A DNA stretch of 64,000 bases from Octopus bimaculoides (GCF_001194135.2 NC_069002.1:8809441-8873440), one strand, 5' to 3'. Counted from the stretch's first letter, positions 48,266-61,209 are shown. Numbers and translations are program-made. The notes: generated by a model not told the origin, from the letters alone.

Positions 48266-49284
48266 CAAGTATAATCAAGCAAGTAATAAACAAGCATTGA
48301 ACAAGAAATTTTAAATGTGTGTGTATGTGTGTATGTGTGTGTATGTGTGTACGTATGTATGCGTATAGGTATGTATATAACACATTTTAAATATGGAAAA
48401 ATTGCCCAACACTTTGAGTGGGTGAAGACCAGCGCAAACCGGATCCCGGTCAGTTAAGTAACCCTTTTCTTCTACAAAGCCATTTTTAGTGTATGCACAT
48501 GAAAATGCATACACTAAAACGGTTTCCTATACAGAAGACGCAAAGTAACATACGATTCACCCTTTTTTTTCTTTTCTCCTTCTGACTTGTGTTATATATG
48601 TAAAAGTTGTCTTATGAATACGTACACGAATATATTTTCTGTTAAGCTTTAATACGAAAATATTTATTCTGTGAAAACGCATTTTCCTATTTCTATTTTC
48701 AAACAAATGAATACTGAGAACAGAACTATTTTTTCCCCTTTCCCTTGGTGTTAAAAAGCTAAACTTTGTTTTAATTCCACAAAAAATATATATGTATATA
48801 AAAAGAATTTAATGCATTTTCGAACTTTCCTCAGTACTTTTTACATACTCACACAATATATATATATATATGTGTGTGTGTGGGCATATGCGTGTATGTA
48901 TATATATATATANNNNNNNNNNNNNNNNNNNNNNNNNNNNNNNNNNNNNNNNNNNNNNNNNNNNNNNNNNNNNNNNNNNNNNNNNNNNNNNNNNNNNNNN
49001 NNNNNNNNNNNNNNNNNNNNNNNNNNNNNNNNNNNNNNNNNNNNNNNNNNNNNNNNNNNNNNNNNNNNNNNNNNNNNNNNNNNNNNNNNNNNNNNNNNNN
49101 NNNNNNNNNNNNNNNNNNNNNNNNNNNNNNNNNNNNNNNNNNNNNNNNNNNNNNNNNNNNNNNNNNNNNNNNNNNNNNNNNNNNNNNNNNNNNNNNNNNN
49201 NNNNNNNNNNNNNNNNNNNNNNNNNNNNNNNNNNNNNNNNNNNNNNNNNNNNNNNNNNNNNNNNNNNNNNNNNNNNNNNNNNNN

Positions 49285-49315
<31 letters not shown>

Positions 49316-49401
49316 TATATATATATATATTTATATATGATAGATAGATAGACGGACGGACGGACGGACGGACGGACGGACGGACGGACGGACAGTCGGA
49401 A

Positions 49402-49457
<56 letters not shown>

Positions 49458-49504
49458 GGACAGAAAGGCAAGCAATCAAGCAGGCAGGCACTGAATTTTT
49501 ATAT

Positions 49505-49543
49505 CGCGACTCTCGAGTTCCACGCCACTGCATTCTTCAAGCG
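49505..49543 (-). ncRNA. Fossil type I hammerhead-like motif
   Basis: cgc TTGAAGA atgc-agtg-gcgt GGAA ctc-ga-gag TC gcg; all stems pair, two core substitutions. Confidence 0.4.
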
Positions 49544-50457
49544 TAAATTGTTCAAGTGTTCCCATGTTTCTAACTTGGTGTTGTTGATATATTCCTGTTT
49601 GTTGGCGTGGTTGGGGTTTCATATTTATATTTATTCGTTTGCATTTTCCTTTTGCTAAATGCCAGTGATTTTCTGCTTCGGCTATTTTATGATGAACGGC
49701 CTGTTTTTAAGACGCTTATGAAGTTGTTGATCTACTTCAGGCTGTTCTTTTGTTAAGTTTGTTTCGGTATGTTTTCGGGGCACCTTTAATGGTATTGTGT
49801 TTGCAAATTCTGTCAGGAGATTTTTGAAAATGGTTATAAAACCAATTAAGGATAAGGATTGTTCGGTTATAAAAGATATTCCATGGCTGAGTGGCTCATG
49901 ATTTCTGTGATTTTCGGAAAAGTATCCTATTTATTTCAATGGGAATGTGGTTTTAGGGTGTGTTTAGAATGTATGTATGCGTGGTTATATATCTGTGTGT
50001 ATGTGTGTGTGCGCGTGAGTGTGCACCTGCTTGTACGATGTGCACACGTAGTGTGTGTCTGAGAGTGCGTGTGTGAGTGTGCACGCGTACCTGCATGCAT
50101 GTGCACACCTGTCTGTGCGCGTGTATGCGTGTGTATGCGTGTGTGTGCGCGCTCGCTCGCACGTGTGTGTGTATACGTGTGAGTGTGATATGTATATAAA
50201 GAATTTTGTTTGTAAAAATCCATTGAAGATCATGTGAAATTAAATTCTTAGGTTCCCAAGTGTGAATATGTGTGCAAGTGTTCAAACCTGAGTACGTGCG
50301 TTCGTGTGTGCAACGTAGCCGAGTCTTTATGTATGTATGCGTATGTGTGTGTGTGTGTGTGTGTGTGTATTTGTGTGCGTGTACGTGTGTGTGTATGGAT
50401 GTGTTCGTGTGTGTGTGGCATGTATGGAGACAGAGCCAATTCTTTAAATATCAGCTT

Positions 50458-50667
50458 CAAATTTTGACACACGGCCAGTAAATTAGAGGGGAGGGGTAAG
50501 TCATTTACATCGACCCTAGTACTCAAATTGTGCTTGTTTTATCGACCCCGAAAGGATATGAGACAAAGTCGGCCGCGATGGAATTTGAACTCAGAATGTA
50601 AGGACGGAATAAATGCTGTTAAGGATTTAGCCTGGTTTCCTAACGATTCTACTGGCTCGTCGCCCTA
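50458..50667 (-). mobile_element. SINE group B, full length
   Basis: atcgaccccgaaagga, gaatttgaactcagaa, ggctcgtcgccct. Confidence 0.85.
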
Positions 50668-50714
50668 ACAATTGATTATAATATTAAATAACGTGGTCAT
50701 TTATTAGTTATGTT

Positions 50715-51064
50715 GTTCGGAGTTCAGATTCCGCTGAGGTCGACGTTGTCATTTGTTTTACTTTCGTGGGATGGAGGTCGAAAAAATAAGTAGCTGTTGA
50801 ACAATGGATTCCATGTTATTAACTATCCCCTCCCCTCAAATTTCAGGTTTTGTGCTTATAGCAGAAAAAATTATAACTGTTATTATGTTCTGAGTTCGAA
50901 TTCCGCCAAGTAGAATTTTGTCTTTCATCTTTTCGGGGTCGATCCTGAAATGATGAAAGGCAAAGTCGACCTCGGTGTAATTTGAACTCAGAACGTAAAG
51001 ACAGACCAAAAAAACGCTAAGCATTTTATCCGACGTGCAAACGTTTCTGCCAGCTCGTCGCCTT
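50715..51064. mobile_element. SINE group B dimer (+) fused at TCGA to an inverted B 5' half (-)
   Basis: Foldback centred on tc|ga at 50939-50942. Confidence 0.8.
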
Positions 51065-51529
51065 AGCCAGTTTTTTAATATCAATTTACTTTTGTGCGTT
51101 CAGCATGATGTGTTCTCATTCTGCTTGTTTAGAGTGAAAACGTTTTGAGTAATTCTATTTTCTTCTTGTTTGTTTTGCTGTATAGGGAGATATTCTAGAT
51201 CGATTTACGTACGGCAATGCACGGTCAATCATTTCTCATTTTTATAATATGTTTGCAATGATGTGGCATTCTTTAAGCTCCCTGGACAAGGACATTGCAT
51301 TCATTACTTGATAGGGTATGACATAAGGTCAAACAGACAGACAGACAAGCAGACAGCTAGAGAAACCCAGCGCTTAGTATATAAAATAGGTTGTCATCAG
51401 AATGCTACTCAAACATCATTACACACACATATCTATATGCACGCATGCATATACATATCTCAATATGTATATAAATATCCGAATATGTGTATAAATGAAT
51501 GTATATACAGTAATGCCTCGATATACTTA

Positions 51530-51670
51530 GCGCTTCGGCAAAAAGAGACCGATAGAATAGTACTACGCTTATGAAAAATAAGTCCTGGGTCGATTTCTAC
51601 GTCCAAAGGCGGAGCTCCAGCATGGCCGCAGTCAAATGACTGAAACAAGTAAAAGAATAAAAGAATATAT
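51530..51670 (+). mobile_element. SINE group C, 3' part
   Basis: ttcggcaaaaagagaccgatagaat...gctccagcatggccgcagtcaaatgactgaaacaagtaaaaga. Confidence 0.88.
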
Positions 51671-51679
51671 ATATATATA

Positions 51680-51870
51680 AGGCATTTCGTCTGCCTTAAC
51701 ATTCTGAGTTCAAATTCTACGGAGGTCGATTCTACGGAGGTCAAATTCTACGGAGGTCGATCCCTTTCGGGATCGATAAAATCAGTACCAGTTGTACATT
51801 GGTGTCGATGTAATCGACTTACCCCCTCTTCCGAAATTGCTGGCCTTGTGCCAAAATTTGAAAGCAATAT
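51680..51870 (+). mobile_element. SINE group B with an internal triplication
   Basis: attctacggaggtc occurs three times after the B-box. Confidence 0.8.
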
Positions 51871-52875
51871 CACGTTAAAATGTTTATCGTAAATATGCTG
51901 TTTGTTTAATTATTTCTTTTCTAATCCATGACTTTGAAATTTCATCGGAGTTGGACCTTGTCCCAACTCATATCAGCACGATCCAAATATGGAATATTGA
52001 TACAAGAAGACAAGGAAATCTGCTGTAAATCGACATGGAAGCATCATTCGGCAATTTACTTGGCTTATTTCAGGATATTTCCAGCAGTTTCTGATGTTCT
52101 GAAATTACTATTTCTTCAACCTGCAGGCTTATATTTTTACTTACGAACGCTAGATTAGCTTATCTAATTTTATTACAGTGTGTGTGTGTCTGTGTCTGTG
52201 TCTGTATGTGCGTGTGTGTGTTTCATCTACGTCTGTATACATTCATACACATACATCTATGTTTGTATACAGACACGCGCACACACACACATGCACACGC
52301 ACACAAATGCACACATATACACGTCCACACACACGTACATACATACGCAGCATAAACTCACACATATATATATAAAGCTATTACACCTATACGTGTACTT
52401 GTCTAAGAATCTACATAGTTATGTATATGTATACATGCACGTATGCATGTATGTGTGTAGGTATGTATACATTAACGTGTGCATCTATGTATGTATGAAT
52501 GTATATATGAATGCATGCATGTGTGCATCTTAGTATGTATGTAGGGATTATGTCGGTAGGTACGTATGCGTGCATCCCTCTAAGTATACATGCACACATA
52601 AAGCTATGTATGTATGCATGCGTGTATGAAGGCATANNNNNNNNNNTGCATGTATGTGTGTAGGTATGTATACATTAACGTGTGCATCTATGTATGTATG
52701 AATGTATATATGAATGCATGCATGTGTGCATCTTAGTATGTATGTAGGGATTATGTCGGTAGGTACGTATGCGTGCATCCCTCTAAGTATACATGCACAC
52801 ATAAAGCTATGTATGTATGCATGCGTGTATGAAGGCATACATCTATGTATGCATTTAATGTAAAAAAACCAAAAT

Positions 52876-52961
52876 AAGCTGAATCAAATTAACACCAAAA
52901 TATATAGTGCATGTGTTTTTATTGGCTAAACTGGCAACATGACCATCCCCAAATACAACAA
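52876..52961 (+). repeat. Unclassified dispersed repeat (inverted copy at 57836-57924)
   Basis: aaattaacaccaaa...gtgtttttattggctaaactggcaa(c/t)atgaccatccccaa(a/g)tacaaca. Confidence 0.8.
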
Positions 52962-53007
52962 TATGATATATATATATATATACGTATGCTTCAGAACGAA
53001 GTCTTAG

Positions 53008-53165
53008 ACAACGGGCTTCTTTCAGTTTCCCTCTAACAAATCCATTTACAAAACTTTGGTCGCCTTGTTACAGTGGAAGACACTTGCCCGAAGTGCCATG
53101 CAGTAGGACTGAACTGAAGTTTTCATGACTGGCAGCAACCTTCTTAAAGACACATCCGCGCCTGT
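53008..53165 (-). mobile_element. SINE group C, 5' half
   Basis: cgggcttctttcagtttcc...gaagacacttgcccgaagtgccatgcagtaggactgaac. Confidence 0.8.
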
Positions 53166-54254
53166 ATCAATAATGGTAAGCTTCTTATCCACAATGCCAC
53201 CGCTGCGCCGATAGACAGCCTTGCTTTTTGAGAGAAAATACAGGAAGAATTTAAAATCAAATCAAACTTCTATTTAACTATAGCCTGTATTTTTTTTTTT
53301 TATTCAATCGAATATTTTTACAAAATATTAAATTGCACAGCGGAAGTGGATCATGGGCTTTAAAAAAAAATCGACTGAAGAATTTGTGCTATAATTAACT
53401 AAAATAATTGAAAAATATTTCTATTCTTTAAAGTTAATAAACGATAACTTTTATATTAAGAGCGGAAAATAGTTAGTGAAGTCAAAGCATCTAAAGATTA
53501 AATTACATTATTATTATGCTGTAATGCATTAGGAAACCGTTTTATGGCGACATTATTAATTCATAGTGCACTTAATGCATGTGCAATGATAGGGTTGAAT
53601 AAAAAATACCCTAGCGATACATTGACATGCACATTAGAAATTATAAACTACGACTATAATATTCCAAAACTAGGATTTATCAAAAGTTTATTCATGAAGG
53701 TGATACTTACTTAAAAGAAAATACGATGGACTTCAAAATGTTATTACTGAATGATAAAACTCCTTTATATTACGCTTCTGATTTAGAATGTCTTAACGTT
53801 AAAGTTGTTGTTCTTGACACTTGATATGACATCACTTATACAATGTTTAGATCAAGGGTTAATTTGTAATTGCAAAAGAACTTGTGAAAAAATTCCATTA
53901 AAAAATTCTGGTTGATGTTGAAGGAAACCAACTTACTGTTCTAGAAGTATGAAACATACACAAATGTGTGGGTGTATGTGTGTGTGAGTGTGTGTGTGTC
54001 TGTGAGTGTGTATGTGTCTTTCTGTTTACGTGTATGTGTGTGTCTGTATGCGTACGTACGTGTGTGTATAACATAGACATACATGCATATATATATATAT
54101 GTGTGTGAACGTGAGAGTGTGTGTGTGTATAACATAAATATGCATATTTATATGTATTTATGAAATATATGTATATACATATATATGTATATGTATATAG
54201 ACGTATATCTATATATATTTGTATATATATAACGTATGCGTGTGTGCGTATGAG

Positions 54255-54328
54255 TGTGGCTGTGACGTAAGAAGCTTGCTTTCTAACCACATGGTTCCGG
54301 GTTCGGTCCCACTGCGTGGCACCTTGGT
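54255..54328 (+). mobile_element. SINE group C, tRNA-like head only
   Basis: gtggctgtgacgtaagaagcttgc...ccgggttcggtcccactgcgtggcaccttgg. Confidence 0.8.
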
Positions 54329-54577
54329 GTAGAAAACAAACAGATGTATTAGTATANNNNNNNNNNNNNNNNNNNNNNNNNNNNNNNNNNNNNNNNNNNN
54401 NNNNNNNNNNNNNNNNNNNNNNNNNNNNNNNNNNNNNNNNNNNNNNNNNNNNNNNNNNNNNNNNNNNNNNNNNNNNNNNNNNNNNNNNNNNNNNNNNNNN
54501 NNNNNNNNNNNNNNNNNNNNNNNNNNNNNNNNNNNNNNNNNNNNNNNNNNNNNNNNNNNNNNNNNNNNNNNNNNNNN

Positions 54578-54618
<41 letters not shown>

Positions 54619-55227
54619 CCTTAGTAAAAGATAAATCTTTCTATTAGATTGGGAGAATGTAAACCTTCCTATTCTTAAAACAGCCCAAAATGATCGATGA
54701 TTTTCTTAAAGCACAAAAAAGGATTCCTATTGGCAATATCTGTTGGTGTTTAAAAGAGAACCGAACATTTTAGCAATGATGTATCTTAGAAAGGAGAGAA
54801 TATCAGACTGGAAGTGGTAATTCTTCAAGTGAGTTTAGCAATAGTTTGTGTATTTGTGCTGGAAGATAATCAATAACCAGAAATGTAGGCGGGAGAAATA
54901 ATTCCAACAGAAAGCTATAAAAGCTGCGATAAAATAATTGATGACGGAAAATGCCGGAAATGGGCGAATGAGAAGTGTTTAGTTCGCTAGAAATAGAATA
55001 GTTGTAGAGAATGAAATGGCTAGAATGAAAAAGTAAAGCCAGAGAGAGAGAGAGGGTGGGAGGGAGATGGAAAGTGAGATGGGAAGAGAGAGAGAGGATG
55101 AGGGAGGGGTGAAAGATAAATTAAAGAAAGAGGTTAAAAGTAAACTTGTACATGTGTGAATAAGTGTGAAAATGTTACTGCATACATATATATGTGTGTG
55201 TGTATGTGCGTGCGTTTGTGTGTAAAT

Positions 55228-55262
<35 letters not shown>

Positions 55263-55422
55263 ACGCACATATATATATGTATGTATTTATATAGACACAT
55301 CCACCGCCGCACACACACACAAAGATTCGTCTTAAAATTCCTAAGTCAGAAATTGATCTAAAATAATACTGTATACTATAAATGTATGTATATATATATA
55401 TATATGTACGTGCGTATGTAAG

Positions 55423-55460
<38 letters not shown>

Positions 55461-56731
55461 CACTCTTTATATANNNNNNNNNNNNNNNNNNNNNNNNNNN
55501 NNNNNNNNNNNNNNNNNNNNNNNNNNNNNNNNNNNNNNNNNNNNNNNNNNNNNNNNNNNNNNNNNNNNNNNNNNNNNNNNNNNNNNNNNNNNNNNNNNNN
55601 NNNNNNNNNNNNNNNNNNNNNNNNNNNNNNNNNNNNNNNNNNNNNNNNNNNNNNNNNNNNNNNNNNNNNNNNNNNNNNNNNNNNNNNNNNNNNNNNNNNN
55701 NNNNNNNNNNNNNNNNNNNNNNNNNNNNNNNNNNNNNNNNNNNNNNNNNNNNNNNNNNNNNNNNNNNNNNNNNNNNNNNNNNNNNNNNNNNNNNNNNNNN
55801 NNNNNNNNNNNNNNNNNNNNNNNNNNNNNNNNNNNNNNNNNNNNNNNNNNNNNNNNNNNNNNNNNNNNNNNNNNNNNNNNNNNNNNNNNNNNNNNNNNNN
55901 NNNNNNNNNNNNNNNNNNNNNNNNNNNNNNNNNNNNNNNNNNNNNNNNATATATATATATATATATATATACATATATATTATAAATACATAGAGAGAGA
56001 GAGACATAACGTGTGTGTACTTGTTGAACACATGTGTTATGTGCTAGTATGAGAGACAGGGAGAGACAGAGAGAGACAGAGAGAGACAGAGATAGAGAAT
56101 AGTAAGATAGGGAGAGAGAAAAGCGGGAATGGAGAAGGTTTGTGTGTTATTATATGTTCGCGTTATAAATCTGTTTAAAGAACTGTAAAATCTAGCGAAG
56201 TAAAGAAAATATAAAGGACAAAGACAGAGAGAGAGAGAGAGAGAGATGATGATGACGATGACGACGACGGATATGATGATGATGATGATGATGGTACCAA
56301 TTTGATAAATGAATTTTAATATCAGAAGTGAAAGAATACAACAGAATATTTTGAGTTACCATAAACGCACAGACACACACACACAAGCACACACACATAC
56401 ACACACACACACACACATACTCACTCACTCACAGACACACACTCACACACACTCTCACACACACAGTATAATTATTACATATCAACTGATTGGCGAACGA
56501 GATGTTGGATTCTCCATAATCTAGAATCGTGTAATAAATATTAATGTTAGATTGTGTGCCAAACGAATGGGGGAAATAAGAACAAGACGTTTAAGAGGTT
56601 TTTAACGAGGAATAAATCATAAACTGAGATGATTTTTACACAAGTATATTTCACAGGATGAAGTGAATTCTAGAAACAAGCATAGAACTCTCTCTTTCCC
56701 TCACTTTCTCTATCTCTCTCTCTCTCTCTCT

Positions 56732-56769
<38 letters not shown>

Positions 56770-57183
56770 TTGTGTGTGCATATNNNNNNNNNNNNNNNNN
56801 NNNNNNNNNNNNNNNNNNNNNNNNNNNNNNNNNNNNNNNNNNNNNNNNNNNNNNNNNNNNNNNNNNNNNNNNNNNNNNNNNNNNNNNNNNNNNNNNNNNN
56901 NNNNNNNNNNNNNNNNNNNNNNNNNNNNNNNNNNNNNNNNNNNNNNNNNNNNNNNNNNNNNNNNNNNNNNNNNNNNNNNNNNNNNNNNNNNNNNNNNNNN
57001 NNNNNNNNNNNNNNNNNNNNNNNNNNNNNNNNNNNNNNNNNNNNNNNNNNNNNNNNNNNNNNNNNNNNNNNNNNNNNNNNNNNNNNNNNNNNNNNNNNNN
57101 NNNNNNNNNNNNNNNNNNNNNNNNNNNNNNTATATATATACACATATAAGTATGTATGTATAGATAGATAGATAGATAGATAT

Positions 57184-57228
<45 letters not shown>

Positions 57229-57264
57229 TAAGGCATTGAGCACTTATTCTCATTCGATATTTAC

Positions 57265-57630
57265 GTGTGGGGGTGGCTGTATAATAAGAAGTTTGCTTCC
57301 CAACAACATCGTTCCGGGTTCAGTCCCACATCGTGGAACCTTGTTCAAATGTCTTTTACTATTGCCTCACGTCGACCAAATCCTTGTGCGTCGAATTGGT
57401 GGACTATAGCGGAAAGAACCCTGTCATATATACATACGTGTGTGCCTGTTTCTTTGTGTCTATATTTGTCCCCTATCACTGCTTTGTGTGCTTATGTCTC
57501 TGTTACTTCACGGTTCGGCAAAAGGAACCGATAGAGTAAGTACCAGGTTTTAAAGATTAAGCACTTCACTTTATTCTTTCGACTAAAATTCTTCAACTCG
57601 CTGCCCCTACATGGCCGTTGTCTTATGACG
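57265..57630 (+). mobile_element. SINE group C, full length, diverged
   Basis: Head, short internal microsatellite and tail are collinear with 25508-25868. Confidence 0.75.
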
Positions 57631-57717
57631 CTCACACACACACACACACACATGTATATATTAACACAAGAAAGACGACAGACAGACAGATGACAGACAA
57701 ACAGATAGATAGATAGG

Positions 57718-57786
<69 letters not shown>

Positions 57787-57835
57787 GTACCATACGTTTT
57801 TTGGTTTTTATTTTTTTATAAATTATAGAATTATA

Positions 57836-57924
57836 ATTGTTGTTGTACTTGGGGATGGTCATATTGCCAGTTTAGCCAATAAAAACACACGCACTGTATA
57901 TTTGGTGTTAATTTGCTTCAGCTT
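57836..57924 (-). repeat. Unclassified dispersed repeat, second copy
   Basis: Inverted homolog of 52876-52961. Confidence 0.8.
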
Positions 57925-58254
57925 TATATTACATTAATTATTATCGTTGTATCTGAAGCTACGCAACACTGTTCGATAAGCTCATATTTAGAATGTTACC
58001 AGTCAGTTCTAATTATTTCAGTTATGGATACTTAAATTCTTATCTGTTGCTGAATGTACTTTCTTTACTTAGAATGCATATCAACCGTCGACCAAACTTA
58101 GTTCTGTAGGTCTATAGAGATTTGTCTGCTACTTCTTCATCCATCCATCCATCATTCCATCTTCTCCGCCCCCTATCCTTTAAGGGTTCTTGTGGGTAGA
58201 GTCCTCAGGCCCCTCCCTCCTCCATAGGGTTCAACTGTTTTTTTTTTGTTTTTT

Positions 58255-58435
58255 TTTTGGCACTCCGTCGTTTACGACGTCGAGGGTTCCAGTTGATCCG
58301 ATCAACGGAACAGCCTGCTCGTGAAATTAACGTGCAAGTGGCTGAGCACTCCACAGACACGTGTACCCTTAATGTAGTTCTCGGGGATATTCATTCGTGA
58401 CACAAAGTGACAAGGCTGACCCTTTGAATTACAGG
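58255..58435 (-). mobile_element. SINE group A, 3' tail only
   Basis: ggcactccgtcg...gacaaggctgaccctttgaattacagg. Confidence 0.9.
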
Positions 58436-59634
58436 ATACTGGTTTGTTTATATCCCGGTAACTAAGCTGTGCAGCAAAAGACAACGACAGAATAAGAACC
58501 AGACTTTCAAAAAAAACTTCTGGGGTCGATTTGTTNNNNNNNNNNNNNNNNNNNNNNNNNNNNNNNNNNNNNNNNNNNNNNNNNNNNNNNNNNNNNNNNN
58601 NNNNNNNNNNNNNNNNNNNNNNNNNNNNNNNNNNNNNNNNNNNNNNNNNNNNNNNNNNNNNNNNNNNNNNNNNNNNNNNNNNNNNNNNNNNNNNNNNNNN
58701 NNNNNNNNNNNNNNNNNNNNNNNNNNNNNNNNNNNNNNNNNNNNNNNNNNNNNNNNNNNNNNNNNNNNNNNNNNNNNNNNNNNNNNNNNNNNNNNNNNNN
58801 NNNNNNNNNNNNNNNNNNNNNNNNNNNNNNNNNNNNNNNNNNNNNNNNNNNNNNNNNNNNNNNNNNNNNNNNNNNNNNNNNNNNNNNNNNNNNNNNNNNN
58901 NNNNNNNNNNNNNNNNNNNNNNNNNNNNNNNNNNNNNNNNNNNNNNNNNNNNNNNNNNNNNNNNNNNNNNNNNNNNNNNNNNNNNNNNNNNNNNNNNNNN
59001 NNNNNNNNNNNNNNNNNNNNNNNNNNNNNNNNNNNNNNNNNNNNNNNNNNNNNNNNNNNNNNNNNNNNNNNNNNNNNNNNNNNNNNNNNNNNNNNNNNNN
59101 NNNNNNNNNNNNNNNNNNNNNNNNNNNNNNNNNNNNNNNNNNNNNNNNNNNNNNNNNNNNNNNNNNNNNNNNNNNNNNNNNNNNNNNNNNNNNNNNNNNN
59201 NNNNNNNNNNNNNNNNNNNNNNNNNNNNNNNNNNNNNNNNNNNNNNNNNNNNNNNNNNNNNNNNNNNNNNNNNNNNNNNNNNNNNNNNNNNNNNNNNNNN
59301 NNNNNNNNNNNNNNNNNNNNNNNNNNNNNNNNNNNNNNNNNNNNNNNNNNNNNNNNNNNNNNNNNNNNNNNNNNNNNNNNNNNNNNNNNNNNNNNNNNNN
59401 NNNNNNNNNNNNNNNNNNNNNNNNNNNNNNNNNNNNNNNNNNNNNNNNNNNNNNNNNNNNNNNNNNNNNNNNNNNNNTTATTATTATTATTATTATTAAT
59501 AAATAATAACAATAATAATGTGGCTAGCAAGCATTAAAGCCAAAAAGGAAAATTTATAAATTTATAATTAATTATTAATTATAATTGTACCCTCAATTAT
59601 AATTAATAATTAATTATAAATTTATATATATATT

Positions 59635-59665
<31 letters not shown>

Positions 59666-59753
59666 CGCATATATAGAGAGAAAGAGAGGTAGATAGATAG
59701 ATATTATACATATTATATATATGTATCATATATATTATATCATGCTTTATATA

Positions 59754-59946
59754 GTGGAGGCGCGTGACCTAGTGGTTGGAGGATTATGATTGTCAGATTG
59801 TGGTTTCCATTCCTGGACTGGGCGATGTGTTGCGTTCTTGAGCAAAGCACTTAACTTCGCGTTGCTCCAGTCCACTTTGCTAACAAAAATGGGTATTCCG
59901 GTGACGGACCAACGTCCGTCTCACTGGGAATATAATATATACGCCA
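59754..59946 (+). mobile_element. CORE-type SINE with tail D
   Basis: gtggaggcgcgtgacctagtgg..., ttcttgagcaaagcacttaacttcgcgttgctccagtccac, gacggaccaacgtccgtc...tatatacgcc. Confidence 0.8.
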
Positions 59947-59954
59947 TACATATA

Positions 59955-60075
59955 CACAATGCTTTGGTCGGCCCGCGGCTATAGTAGAAGACACTTGCCC
60001 AAGGTGCCACGCAGTGGGACTGAACCCGAAACCATATGGTTGGGAAGCAAGCTTTTTACCACACAGGCATGCTTG
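59955..60075 (-). mobile_element. SINE group C, 5' half
   Basis: ggctatagtagaagacacttgcccaaggtgccacgcagtgggactgaacccgaaacc. Confidence 0.9.
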
Positions 60076-60854
60076 TGCCTATGTGCATATGTATATATAT
60101 GTATATATGTCTGTGTGTATGTGTGTGTATTTATATGTACGTACGTATGTATGTATGTATGTATATATGTATGTGTATGTGTGTGTATGCACATAAATGT
60201 GTATTTGTGTATGTATATGTGTTTGTGTGTGTGCGTGTGTGTGTGTTTTAAACATACATTTACAACTTCTTTTGTAAGCCGGAGATAAAATGCTTTTTAA
60301 AGATTCGTGGAATTTTGGAAGTTTTAAAATAATGCAATTGATGACGTAGAAGACTCGCGGGCATTTTAGAAGCCCGCCAAATTTCAACGGCGAATATTCA
60401 GGTAAGATAGCTTTTGGTGCTTTAAAGCATGTAATATTTAAAGCAATCTAACAGTTCGTTACAAACGTTACAAAAATACGTTACCTTTAACAGAAAATAT
60501 TACTGCATATTAAAACATATGTTAGCAATTACAGCTTGAGCATAAACTAAGCAACTATAGTGAAAATGTCCTACAAGATTACAGTAATAAAGCTCATTGT
60601 AATGAGATTTTAGAGACAAAATTAGCATATAGGGCCCGGATTCATTTTTTAAACCATTTTCGGGGGAAATAATGCGTCTTGTATGCGGCACATTTTTCCT
60701 TGTAAAACTTAAGCAGAATTAGTAATATTCTGCTATATTGTGTTATTTAAAAAAAAAAAACCTAGTTTCTTTGTTCCTTTGCAAAGATCTAACAAAAGTT
60801 AAAGACAAGTCATTTGTGGGAATTAGCAAAGTTTATGATAGGGAATATTACAGA

Positions 60855-61005
60855 AATCTCGAGTTCAAATTCCGCCGAGGTTAACTTTGCCGTTCATCCT
60901 TCCGTGGTCGGCAAAATAAGTACCAGTTATATACTGGAGTCTATGTAATTGACTTACTGTCTCCCCCGAACTTGCTTATCTTGTACCGAAATTTGAAACC
61001 AATAT
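60855..61005 (+). mobile_element. SINE group B, 5'-truncated
   Basis: gagttcaaattccgccgaggttaactttgccgttcatcc...aataagtaccagtt. Confidence 0.85.
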
Positions 61006-61032
61006 TACAGAAACCTACGCAAAGCCCTAGTC

Positions 61033-61178
61033 GAGACATGAGCAACCTTTTTAGTTAAGCCAGTCGCATTAGACATGGCTCATCATTTGGCAGGTCGCTC
61101 CACTAAGGAAATTCGAGGCAATTTTTCGTTAGGCGTACCATTCAGAAAGTCCCGTGGGCCGCAGTTTTCCCATGACTG
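61033..61178. mobile_element. hAT (Buster/Charlie-type) MITE, 146 bp, 8-bp TSD
   Basis: Imperfect TIRs gagacatgagcaacc / (rc) cagtcatgggaaaactgcggccc; TSD ccctagtc / ccccagtc with central TA. Confidence 0.8.
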
Positions 61179-61209
61179 CCCCAGTCTATGCTGAAGCGAA
61201 ATTATATCT

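Noticed and set aside
52444-52839. Exact 193-bp tandem duplication
   Set aside because: The copies sit on either side of a 10-N gap: an unmerged contig overlap, so an assembly artefact.
54938-54990. TTGATGA-cgg...ccg-GAAA hammerhead-like string
   Set aside because: Stem II is good, but C3 is missing and stems I and III cannot close at the required junction.
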